Below, in pieces: positions 47,211-56,127 of a DNA stretch of 64,000 bases. A program made the translations under genes and the position numbers. Source of the stretch: Candidatus Latescibacterota bacterium (GTDB lineage Bacteria; Latescibacterota; UBA2968; UBA8231); contig CBDFJF010000001.1 in assembly GCA_965248265.1 (NCBI GenBank), positions 992,001-1,056,000 on the forward strand, read 5' to 3'. Below the pieces are notes generated by a model, which saw only the letters and a program-made list of their open reading frames with translations, did no database searches and had not been told where the DNA came from. Position 1 is the first letter of the stretch. Each line of letters opens with the position of its first letter.

Positions 47211-48143
47211 CTACCTGCTGTCTTTCCCGGTGTTCACGAACCGGATGCACTGCCCCTGGTTCCTGAAGCCGAAGGCCTCCCAGCCACCCTTCTTGCACTC
47301 GTCCTTGGAGGTGGGGTCGGTGATCTCCTCATAGGCGATCTCGATAGAGCCATCGTCACCCGACTCCCACGACGGACTCCCACCAGCAGCCCCACCGTTG
47401 CCGGCAGGAGCGTGAGTCGTGCCGGCGGGCCCGAAGCTTCCACCGCCGCCGCCGCCGCCGTACCAGCCCCCCCGGCCGCCAACGCCGGTGCCGTCACCGC
47501 CCGCGCCACCGGCGGAAGCGCTGTCGCCGCCGTTGCCGCCGTCGCCATCACCGCCAGGGAGCCCAGCAGCGGAGTTGCCATAATCGTCCGTGCCGAGGCC
47601 GGCAGCACCGCCGTTGCCGCCGCCGCCAGCAAGACCGGGGTAGCCACCTCCGCCATTGCCGCCGCTGCCGTCAGCTTGACCAGCATCGCCGCCTCCGCCG
47701 TATGTGCCAGCACCGCCCCCACCACCGGCGATCACGAGAGCAACGCCTCCGGAGCTGATGGTGGTGCTGCCGCCTCCACCGATGTTCCAGTTCGGCGAAG
47801 TGCCCCCGCCGACGAACAGATCAAGGACCTGGCCGGGCGTCACGGACAGTGTGGCCGTGACCATCGCGCCGCTGCCACCGGCTACGAACAAGTTCCCTGC
47901 GGCACCGCCGCCGACGGCGACGACATCGAGGGAGGTCACGCCCGAGGGGACGACAAAGGTCGAGGCACCGACCGTCTCAAACTCGACGACCTCGTGGCCG
48001 GCCACGTGCTTGGCCGCGAATGCAACGGAGACCTCCTGCTCTGCAGATACATCGCTTCTGGGTCCCACGACCTGGCCGTCATCGCTGCAACCGCCCACTG
48101 CCAGGCCGGCGGCCAGAGCGCCAATCGATAGAAAGCGCAACAT
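47211..48143 (-). CDS. Glycine-rich lipoprotein with a C-terminal CKKGGW..FRNQGQC motif
   Basis: VGGC lipobox; FVVPSGVTSLDVVAVGGG Gly-rich domain; PTSKDECKKGGWEAFGFRNQGQCIRFV; AAGGAGG SD. Confidence 0.8.
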   Translation of the reverse strand: MLRFLSIGALAAGLAVGGCSDDGQVVGPRSDVSAEQEVSVAFAAKHVAGHEVVEFETVGASTFVVPSGVTSLDVVAVGGGAAGNLFVAGGSGAMVTATLSVTPGQVLDLFVGGGTSPNWNIGGGGSTTISSGGVALVIAGGGGGAGTYGGGGDAGQADGSGGNGGGGYPGLAGGGGNGGAAGLGTDDYGNSAAGLPGGDGDGGNGGDSASAGGAGGDGTGVGGRGGWYGGGGGGGSFGPAGTTHAPAGNGGAAGGSPSWESGDDGSIEIAYEEITDPTSKDECKKGGWEAFGFRNQGQCIRFVNTGKDSR

Positions 48144-48166
48144 CTGAATACCCTCCTTTGGTTTGG

Positions 48167-48198
48167 GGACTAGTCCGAATCCGATTCAGGACTAGTCC
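48167..48198. promoter_or_regulatory. Double-palindrome operator/hairpin
   Basis: GGACTAGTCC-GAATC-C-GATTC-A-GGACTAGTCC. Confidence 0.6.
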
Positions 48199-48302
48199 TT
48201 CGTGTGGAATTCTAAACGCCATCACAGCTATGATTGGTCCGATATCTTCCCATCTTCTTTCACTGCAACCTCAGGAGTGGTATATCTCCACCCCCCTACG
48301 AT

Positions 48303-49103
48303 TCAATCTTCGCCCGTGACATCGGCCTGAGCCACCAGCTCCTCGAAGGAGCAGGGACGGTCTGGATCGAAGTGACCTAGGCCGATCCGCACCTGCAACT
48401 GCTGCTGTCCCGAGCGCGCGTTGTGAGCCGCCAGGTTCTGCTGCAGGCGACTCAGGGCGATGTCCGTCTGTCCGGCACCCGCGTTGACGAGCAGCACGCC
48501 GCAGTCCGTCCCGTCCACGCGGCCGGCCATATCCGCGTCGCGGAAGGTCCGCTGCACCACTCTGCCCAGATCGGCGATCGCTCGTTCGGTCTGCTCCAAA
48601 GTCCCACCGTCCACGTCCGCACGCACCAGGACCATGTGGGTCTTGGTGCGCTGTGCCGCCTTGAGCTGCTGACGCGCCAGTGCGGTGAATCCCGCGCGCT
48701 GATACAGCCCCGACTCGGCATCCTGGAAGGAGTGGCTGGTCTGGCGTTCGGCCAGGCGGATCAGCATCAACTCAAGCTCCGCCGGCCGGAAGGGTTTGCA
48801 CAGGTAGCCGTACACCCCGCAGTGCACAGCCTCCGGGGCCGGCAGCACTTCGTTTGAGGCGCGCAACACCACCGGGATCGCGGGATAGCGCTGGTGAACC
48901 AGGCGCAGGGCCTTGCCGACGACCCGAATCCGGCCCGGCGGCAGATCCGCGATGATCAGATCGGTGAGGGCCGGTTCCGCGGCGAGCGCCTCGAGCAGGC
49001 CCTCGGGCGCCGGGAGCAGGCTGACCTGGTGCCCGAGCGCCTGCAAGTGCTCGGCGACCATCTGGCGGGCGTAGTTCTCATCTTCGACCAGATAAATGCG
49101 CAT
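48303..49103 (-). CDS. Response regulator with a degenerate GGDEF domain
   Basis: IYLVEDE REC; SGLYQRAGF, FRDADMAGRVDGTDC in place of GGDEF. Confidence 0.82.
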   Translation of the reverse strand: MRIYLVEDENYARQMVAEHLQALGHQVSLLPAPEGLLEALAAEPALTDLIIADLPPGRIRVVGKALRLVHQRYPAIPVVLRASNEVLPAPEAVHCGVYGYLCKPFRPAELELMLIRLAERQTSHSFQDAESGLYQRAGFTALARQQLKAAQRTKTHMVLVRADVDGGTLEQTERAIADLGRVVQRTFRDADMAGRVDGTDCGVLLVNAGAGQTDIALSRLQQNLAAHNARSGQQQLQVRIGLGHFDPDRPCSFEELVAQADVTGED

Positions 49104-49168
49104 CAATGAGTCCGGAAACGTGCCATCGCATGTGGTTCGTTTTCGTTGCACAATTGTCGTAAGTTTTA

Positions 49169-49184
49169 CGCAATTTTGGTGCCA
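49169..49184 (-). promoter_or_regulatory. Sigma54 (-24/-12) promoter
   Basis: TGGCAC-CAAAA-TTGCG on the minus strand, 66 nt upstream of the REC-GGDEF start. Confidence 0.65.
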
Positions 49185-49888
49185 CCACGTGAAGCGTTTC
49201 CTCACCTCGGCGCGCCGATGCCCAAGAACCGGAGAGCAGGTTCTTCCCAAAGTTCTGTATCCCTTTGTTAATAAAGGTGTTAATCGGGAGGTAGAGCCTG
49301 CCGATTGGAGGCGTTCGGGCACGGGCCATCTCCCACTAGGCATCCCATGGGCCCTGTCCGGTGGGACCGTCTATTGGGGTTTAATAGCGAATCTCTAATT
49401 AATCGCCAATATATCCTCTAATATGAGACTAATAGACTCGGTAGTCAGACGCCTCACTTCGATGGTGCCGTGTCTTGTCGGGATCCGCAGAGGCCTGCGT
49501 GCCCGCCGCCGTTTCGGCCTGACGCTGCTCGCTACCGCCTTGCTCGGGGTGATAGATATTTCGGCAGGGATACTCCTCCCGATTCCCGCTTCGTTGCACC
49601 TCTAGGCAAAGGCAACTGTGAGCGAGCCGTCTCCGTGCTTTCACGGTGACAAATGAAAATTTCCACTTTCCCTTATCCCTTTCGGTTCTCTTTTGCACCT
49701 TTCTACACAGAGTGACCATGTACCGCTGGATCCCGGAGCCAGTTCTGCACAAGTTGACCATTTGTGTCCCGAGGCTGGGGGAAATCGTTCAGGGTTGCAG
49801 GCATGTACCTAAGCGGGAATTCGTAGGTCTCAGTTTCGGGTGGGTCGTGTGAGGTACACGAGACTTCGCCCCTAGTCCATGGGACCTC

Positions 49889-51130
49889 ATGGTTCGAGTC
49901 CTCGTTGTCGAGCGGAATGAAAGAATCGGTGGCTTGATCTCGGGCCAGCTCCGGGAAAACGGCTACGAGGCAATCGATGTACGTCACGGAGTCGAGGTAG
50001 TAGTGGAGCTGCGCCGACAGGTAGCCGACGTCATCCTGATGGACAACCAGGTTCCTATGGGCGGTCTCAAGACTGCCCGCCTCATTCGCCTCCACGACAA
50101 GTACAACACCATTCCCATCATTCTCAGTTTGCCACCAGACAAGGCGCAGGCTCGATCGATCGTCCAGCAGGGCCAGCAGTCCGGCCTCAAGAACTTCGTG
50201 ATGAAGCCGTTTACCCTGGAAATGCTGAAGAAAAAGTTGAGCCAGATCCTGGAGGAGGGCACACCGACCGAAAAGCCCACCAACCAGGAGATCAGAGACG
50301 AAATCCGCAACCTCACCAACTTGCCCTCGATGCCGGCCGCACACTCCAAGCTCTTGAGCCTACTGAGCAAGACGGATGAGGAGGTCGACATCCGCCAGGT
50401 CTCCTCCACTCTCGAACAAGATCCGGCACTGTCCGCCAAGGTCATGGGAACATGCCGCTCGGCACACTACGGCTTTCAAGGGCACGCCATGTCTCAGGCG
50501 GTGGCCTTTCTCGGTGTTGCCGTCATCCGCAAAATCGTGCAGTCAGCTGTCATATACAACACGTTTGCGGAGGGTGCGGAATCGGAAAAAACGGCGGCGC
50601 TACCAATGAATGAGCTGTGGCGACACTCACTGGCGACGGGGATGGCCATGGAGGTCATCGGCAAGTCTGACAAAAAGAAGACCCACTTCCTCCTGGGCCT
50701 GCTACACGACATCGGTAAGGCGGTGTTCAAGTTCCGCTTTCCCGATCACTACGGCGAAGTCCTCGGACTGGTACGCAAGGAGAGCCTCTCAATCCTCAAA
50801 GCCGAGCAGGAGGTGCTGGGTATCACCCACGCCGACTGCGGGCGCGAACTGGCCATGCATTGGGAGCTGCCGGGCGAGTTGCAGACGGCTATCGCTGCCC
50901 ACCACAACCCGGGCCGCTCAGCCCAGCACAAACGTCTCGCGTCCATGGTCCACATCGCCGACATTGCCGTGCGCACGATGGGGATCGGCGATGGAGGTGA
51001 TGCCCTCATACCAGAAATGGATCCATACGCCAGGCGGCTGCAGAAGAGCGTCGACGAGATCGTCCAGCACAAGGATGATTTCATCGGACAGTGCGACAGC
51101 ATCCTGGGTGCCAGCGGGGACAATCAATAG
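49889..51130 (+). CDS. REC-HDOD signalling protein
   Basis: REC (ILMD, KPF); LPSMP, DPALSAKV, LWRHSLATG, GLLHDIGK, HHNP. Confidence 0.88.
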   Translation: MVRVLVVERNERIGGLISGQLRENGYEAIDVRHGVEVVVELRRQVADVILMDNQVPMGGLKTARLIRLHDKYNTIPIILSLPPDKAQARSIVQQGQQSGLKNFVMKPFTLEMLKKKLSQILEEGTPTEKPTNQEIRDEIRNLTNLPSMPAAHSKLLSLLSKTDEEVDIRQVSSTLEQDPALSAKVMGTCRSAHYGFQGHAMSQAVAFLGVAVIRKIVQSAVIYNTFAEGAESEKTAALPMNELWRHSLATGMAMEVIGKSDKKKTHFLLGLLHDIGKAVFKFRFPDHYGEVLGLVRKESLSILKAEQEVLGITHADCGRELAMHWELPGELQTAIAAHHNPGRSAQHKRLASMVHIADIAVRTMGIGDGGDALIPEMDPYARRLQKSVDEIVQHKDDFIGQCDSILGASGDNQ

Positions 51131-51156
51131 ACCTGACGCGCTTGACGGAGACGAGT

Positions 51157-52491
51157 ATGTCATCGAGTGAGTTGGAACAAAGGGGAGCGCCAGAGCTCGC
51201 CCTCGTTATTCAACCCGAGGAGGGGAAGCCGGAGAAGGCGCTGTCCAAATTCCTCGAGCTCCTGCTCGGTTACAAGTACGGTTTGCAGGTAGAGTCCCTG
51301 CCGGATGTAGCCAGAATTCCGCCAATCCTGCGCGATAGAAGCGAACAGGTTCACTCCGTATATCTCGTGCAGCGGCAGCCGGTAAGTACCAAGAGCACGG
51401 TCCCTGTATTGAGCGTCCAGGGGACGGTTCCACTTTTTCTCATCCTTCCCGGACATGTCGCTCAGGAACAGCGGGAAGCCTGCGCGGGTCTGGACAACGT
51501 TCATCTGTGCACATGGGAGATGGCGTTTGGAGGTGGAGAGGGTTCCCTGCCGCAGATCGTCGCCAGTGGGCTGACCGACGCGGAAGAAACGTCGGATGTT
51601 AGCGAAACCCTCCTTGAGGAGCGGGTCCGGAACCGACTGGGACACATGGACACGCTGCCGACACTCCCGACCATCGTCGCCGAAATCATGCGCCTGATCG
51701 AAGACCCGGACACCACCATGGACGAGTTGGAGGTCCTGATCGCCGCAGATCCGGCGATCGCCCTGAAGGTCATGCAAACGGCCAATTCGCCGCTGTTAGC
51801 CGGAGCGGGGCGGAAAGAACAGTCGTCTCTGCAGGACGCCATCGTACGACTGGGACTGAGAAAGGTCGGCGCCATCGCTCAGCAGATTGCTCTGGTCAAC
51901 ACGTTTGTCAGTCCGGAGGCCAGCGGTTTTGACCTGCAGCGGTTCTGGGAACATTCCATCGCCTGCGCCGTGGTCGCCGATCGGCTATGTGAGGGCGATT
52001 TCGTGACCCTCCAGGAGGAGATACAATTCAACGATTACTGGATGGCCGCTCTGCTACACGACTGCGGAAAGGTCGTCCTGGGATTCTTCTTCTGGGAATG
52101 GTTCGAGCGGATCCTTCGGTTGATGGACTCGGATAATTGCTCCTTCTATGAGGCCGAAGTAGAGATCATGGGAGCCATGGCAGGACACGATCTGATCGGC
52201 GAGCTTCTCCTGCAAAAAGCGAAAATGCCGCCCGAACTTGTCGAAGCTGTGGGTCTGCACCATATGCCCGGGGACTCACCCTCGTCGTTGGTGGCCCTTA
52301 TTCATGTGGCCAACGGATTGAGTAAAGAAATCGGCCTCTCTTATATCGAAAGCGAACCCGTCAGCTACGAAACTTCGGCTCTAAACGCCTTGAACTTAAC
52401 CGCTGAAGACCTTGCCGACCTGAAAGAGATGTTGAGCGAGGCGGCTGTCAGCGAAGTCAAGGAACTCGTAAAGCAATGCATTCAAGGATAA
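51157..52491 (+). CDS. HDOD-domain protein
   Basis: LPTLP, DPAIALKVMQTANSP, FWEHSIACA, LLHDCGK. Confidence 0.88.
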   Translation: MSSSELEQRGAPELALVIQPEEGKPEKALSKFLELLLGYKYGLQVESLPDVARIPPILRDRSEQVHSVYLVQRQPVSTKSTVPVLSVQGTVPLFLILPGHVAQEQREACAGLDNVHLCTWEMAFGGGEGSLPQIVASGLTDAEETSDVSETLLEERVRNRLGHMDTLPTLPTIVAEIMRLIEDPDTTMDELEVLIAADPAIALKVMQTANSPLLAGAGRKEQSSLQDAIVRLGLRKVGAIAQQIALVNTFVSPEASGFDLQRFWEHSIACAVVADRLCEGDFVTLQEEIQFNDYWMAALLHDCGKVVLGFFFWEWFERILRLMDSDNCSFYEAEVEIMGAMAGHDLIGELLLQKAKMPPELVEAVGLHHMPGDSPSSLVALIHVANGLSKEIGLSYIESEPVSYETSALNALNLTAEDLADLKEMLSEAAVSEVKELVKQCIQG

Positions 52492-52679
52492 TCAGGCGCC
52501 AACGAGTTGCAGATGCGAATCTACTCCGGAGGGCCATCGGGCACTCTGGATACGTTCCAGCATGTGCCTGTTTGAGATCGACACTGAGAAATCATCTCCG
52601 CCACGACGTTCGCCAAATCTTTCTCGTTCCACATCTTAACAGATTGTTTTTACTGTGATTACAACGTTTGGTCGGATTT

Positions 52680-52695
52680 TGGCTCGCATTTCGCT
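52680..52695 (+). promoter_or_regulatory. Possible sigma54 promoter of the protease gene
   Basis: TGGCTC-GCATT-TCGCT, with GG-N10-GC spacing. Confidence 0.4.
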
Positions 52696-52816
52696 ATGGT
52701 TTTCGGGACGACCGCTTCCGTTGTCACGACGGTTGCACATATAATTGTGCATCGTTGAGAAAATTCAATATCTTGGAATTAGCATTTAAACGCTGGATCT
52801 GACCGGGGAAACGAAC

Positions 52817-53932
52817 ATGAAAAGACCATTCACCTCACTCGCCTTTGTATTGCTGATCTCCTTAGCCTGGATCGGGTGTGAATCCGAGTCAGGACCCGTT
52901 GCGCCCAGCACCGACCTGTCGGTTGAGATAGCAGGCAAGGCTGTGGGTGCTCCGGGCCTGGAAGTCGCTATGGCCGCCCAGAACCGCCACACCAGCCAGT
53001 TAATGGCTCTGGATGGCGTCGTCGGAACCGCCACCGGACACGGATCGGAAGGCAGTCCGGTTGTCGTTGTCTTGACGGAATCCCATGGCGTCGCAGGAGT
53101 CCCGGGAACTGTGGACGGTGTTCCCGTGATCGTTCGATATACTGGCGAAATAACAGCGTTTGCCCCACCGCCGGGCAAAGGCAAGCCCCCGAAGGACGAT
53201 CCGCCCGACGATCCGCCCGACGATCCGCCCGACGATCCAGAACCAGGACGCGATCAGCGGTGGAAGCGACCGGTTCCGATCGGTATCTCGACTGGCCATC
53301 CCGATATCACTGCCGGCACCATCGGCTGCCGCGTCACTGATGGCTTCAATGTGTTCGCCCTGAGCAACAACCACGTCTACGCTAATTCCAATGGTGCTGC
53401 GTTTGGTGATGCCGTCATCCAACCAGGCACCTTCGACGGCGGCTCATCTCCTGCTGATGACATCGGCAACCTGGCCGCTTTCAAGATCATCGACTTCACC
53501 GGTGCTCCCAACTTGATGGACGCCGCAATCGCGTCAACCACAACGGTCGACCTTGGCAATTCGACGCCATCCGACGGCTACGGCACACCGAAGTCTACGA
53601 CTGTCACGGCCAGTATCAATCAAAAAGTCAAAAAGTTCGGCCGCACGACGGGCCAGACCAGTGGCGGTGTCTTTGCGCTCAATGCCACCGTGAACGTCAA
53701 TTATGGTGCCGCAGGCACAGCGCTTTTCACAGGCCAGATCGTCATAACACCAGGCAGCTTCAGCGCGGGGGGCGATTCAGGATCCCTGATCGTGGTCGAT
53801 GGGAAGGGCAAGTACAAGGCCGACAAAGACAAACCTGTCGGACTGTTGTTCGCGGGCAGCGCTACGCATACGATCGCCACCCCGATCGATGTCGTTTTGA
53901 GCGAATTCGGAGTCACCATCGACGGCAGTTGA
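52817..53932 (+). CDS. Trypsin-like (Nal1-like) serine protease lipoprotein with an N-terminal pro-like domain
   Basis: WIGC lipobox; AGTIGC, LSNNHV (His), DAAIA (Asp), GDSGS (Ser), VGLLFAG. Confidence 0.88.
   Translation: MKRPFTSLAFVLLISLAWIGCESESGPVAPSTDLSVEIAGKAVGAPGLEVAMAAQNRHTSQLMALDGVVGTATGHGSEGSPVVVVLTESHGVAGVPGTVDGVPVIVRYTGEITAFAPPPGKGKPPKDDPPDDPPDDPPDDPEPGRDQRWKRPVPIGISTGHPDITAGTIGCRVTDGFNVFALSNNHVYANSNGAAFGDAVIQPGTFDGGSSPADDIGNLAAFKIIDFTGAPNLMDAAIASTTTVDLGNSTPSDGYGTPKSTTVTASINQKVKKFGRTTGQTSGGVFALNATVNVNYGAAGTALFTGQIVITPGSFSAGGDSGSLIVVDGKGKYKADKDKPVGLLFAGSATHTIATPIDVVLSEFGVTIDGS
53195..53239 (+). repeat. 12-bp tandem repeat GACGATCCGCCC x3.7 (DDPP linker)
   Basis: Read directly; in frame. 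Confidence 0.95.
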
Positions 53933-53971
53933 TGGGCTGACCATCGCGAGCTTGGAAATCGCTTTGTGATC

Positions 53972-54009
53972 GAGGGGGAATGGCAGCAGCCGTTTCCCCT
54001 CTCTTTTTT
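53972..54009 (+). terminator. Intrinsic terminator
   Basis: GAGGGGGAATGGC..GCCGTTTCCCCTC followed by a T-run. Confidence 0.65.
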
Positions 54010-54017
54010 GTGATGCA

Positions 54018-54380
54018 ATGACCCGGTACTGCTACCTTTGGTCCATGATCCCTTTGTCGGCGCTGAAGTTTTTCGTGGCTGTAGGGATCGCTCTGCTATT
54101 AGCAGGTTGTGAGAAAGATGCGGAAATCGACATAGGAGAGGACAAAGTGTTAGAGAAAACGATTGAAGACGTCCTCGCAGCGCACACCGGTGATTGGATG
54201 TCCATTGACGGCGTCGTCGGCACTGCGATCGGCGAATCGGATGGCCGTCCTTGTATCCGGGTACTCGTCTCTGAGCGCACGGCCGCAGTCGAAGACAGGA
54301 TTCCGTCCAAAGTCGACGGTCACAAGGTCGAGATCACGGAAACTGGTGAAATCAAAGCGCTGGAGGACTCAGCGCACTGA
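54018..54380 (+). CDS. Small lipoprotein homologous to the N-terminal domain of the upstream protease
   Basis: LAGC lipobox; HTGDWMSIDGVVGTAIG..IPSKVDG..TGEIKA versus HTSQLMALDGVVGTATG..VPGTVDG..TGEITA. Confidence 0.8.
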   Translation: MTRYCYLWSMIPLSALKFFVAVGIALLLAGCEKDAEIDIGEDKVLEKTIEDVLAAHTGDWMSIDGVVGTAIGESDGRPCIRVLVSERTAAVEDRIPSKVDGHKVEITETGEIKALEDSAH

Positions 54381-54548
54381 GTTTTCATTTCCCCCCTCAG
54401 TCTACTGTTGGCTCCCGATGTACCTCTGTGGTGTTGGCCCCTGCGGCGCCCGTCATCCTGTGGCGACGAGTGGCGACGAGTGACGATGCGTGATATTGTA
54501 TTCGCGCAGTCAGCGACGCGCTACGCCGCCTCTTGGAGAGCAACCGCT

Positions 54549-55382
54549 ATGGAGCACAACCCGGCACGCTGGAAGGCGGATTTCGAACGGGACGGATACC
54601 TGGTCGTCAAGGACGTCCTTGACGCGCAGACGCTGTGGACGCTGCGCTCAGGGATCGAACAGATCACGGCTAACCCCGACGCGCTGCCCGACCACTTGCG
54701 CCGTCACATCCAATTCGAGCGTGACTACGTCGCGAAAAGACCGGATCAAAACGACTACGACGGCGCGCAGGTCGGCAACGCCGTGCGCAACATAATGGAG
54801 CTACCGCTGTTCGACCCAGCGTTCGGCAAGTTGATCGCCTACGAGCCCTTGCTCGATGTTCTGGAGGCGCTGTTCGAGAGCGGCGAGTTCCACCTCCACA
54901 ATTACAAGTGCATCGTCAAGGCGCCGCGGGTCAGCAGCCAGTTCCTGTGGCACCGCGATCTGCCTTACCTGAAGCACTCGACGTCGAACCTGATCACCGC
55001 GCTGCTGTGCCTCGACGACATGACCGCAGCGAACGGGGCAACCGTCGTGCTGCCGGGAACGCACCGGATTGCGCACGAAGACGTGCTCGATGCCGACCTG
55101 GATCTGCCCGAGGCTGGGCTGCCCGCCGACGTGCCTCGGGTGATGGTCGAGTGCCCGGGGGGCTCGGCGGTACTGTTCCACGTGAACATCATCCACGGCG
55201 GTGACGCGAACCGGGCGGACGTCCCCCGCCGCAACCTGGTCGGCATCTGGGCGGGCCCAGACACACACCCGGTGACCCCGGCGCGTTACGCCTACCAGGG
55301 CCTCATGCCGCGTAGCGCCGATCCCGCGCGGCAAAGACAGATGCGGATGACGTTCCAGTGCACACCTACGGATCCGAACTGA
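54549..55382 (+). CDS. Phytanoyl-CoA dioxygenase (PhyH) family
   Basis: FERDGYLVV, WHRD, NGATVVLPGTH, IIHGG..N..R. Confidence 0.9.
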   Translation: MEHNPARWKADFERDGYLVVKDVLDAQTLWTLRSGIEQITANPDALPDHLRRHIQFERDYVAKRPDQNDYDGAQVGNAVRNIMELPLFDPAFGKLIAYEPLLDVLEALFESGEFHLHNYKCIVKAPRVSSQFLWHRDLPYLKHSTSNLITALLCLDDMTAANGATVVLPGTHRIAHEDVLDADLDLPEAGLPADVPRVMVECPGGSAVLFHVNIIHGGDANRADVPRRNLVGIWAGPDTHPVTPARYAYQGLMPRSADPARQRQMRMTFQCTPTDPN

Positions 55383-55409
55383 CAACGCCACTGCGACCAG
55401 GAACAGACC

Positions 55410-56126
55410 GTGAGTTACCGGACTATCAAGCACAACCTTCGAATCCATGGTGAGGCTCCCCATGGCACTGCTGTCGTCCATGGCGGCCCTGGTGGGGCCG
55501 GCGAGATGGCGTCCGTGGCGCGTAAGCTGTCCCACAGTCGCGGCGTCCTCGAGCCGCTTCAGACTGAGACATCCGTCGATGACCAGGTGGAAGAGCTTCA
55601 TGCCATTCTGCGCGATCATGCAGATCGACCGACAACCGTCATCGGGTTCTCTTGGGGGGCCTGGCTCAGTATGATACTAGCCGTTCGACACCCGGATTCG
55701 ACGGCCAGGATTATCCTCGTTGGAGCTGGTCCATTCCGGCAAGAATACGTGACCCAACTGCACGAGGCGCGTCAATTGCGAGGTGATGAATACGACCCGG
55801 TCAGTGACCCACTGGAAACAGAACTAATGGATGTCCGCAATGACATCTACGACCAGGTCTGGCCTCAAGCCGCCGAACTGCGTGAGAGTGGGGCCCTTCT
55901 CGAGCTGACCTCGCACATACGATGTCCCGTGCTCGCAATCCATGGTGATTGTGATCCCCACCCATGGCAAGGAGTGAGCGAGCCGCTTTCAGAAGTCGTG
56001 CCTGATTTTCGATTCGAGCTTCTGAAAAAGTGCGGCCACAAGCCCTGGACCGAGAGGCAGGCGAGGGATCACTTCTATCAGCTTCTGGAAACAGAGCTGA
56101 GTTGTCCCGCGGACAGGGTTCCCTGA
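55410..56126 (+). CDS. Alpha/beta hydrolase
   Basis: HGGPG, GFSWG, IHGDCD, CGHKPW. Confidence 0.88.
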   Translation: MSYRTIKHNLRIHGEAPHGTAVVHGGPGGAGEMASVARKLSHSRGVLEPLQTETSVDDQVEELHAILRDHADRPTTVIGFSWGAWLSMILAVRHPDSTARIILVGAGPFRQEYVTQLHEARQLRGDEYDPVSDPLETELMDVRNDIYDQVWPQAAELRESGALLELTSHIRCPVLAIHGDCDPHPWQGVSEPLSEVVPDFRFELLKKCGHKPWTERQARDHFYQLLETELSCPADRVP

Positions 56127-56127
56127 C

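Noticed and set aside
53195-53239. Tandem repeats as a possible CRISPR array
   Set aside because: 12-bp head-to-tail units without spacers, in frame within a CDS; no cas genes in the window.
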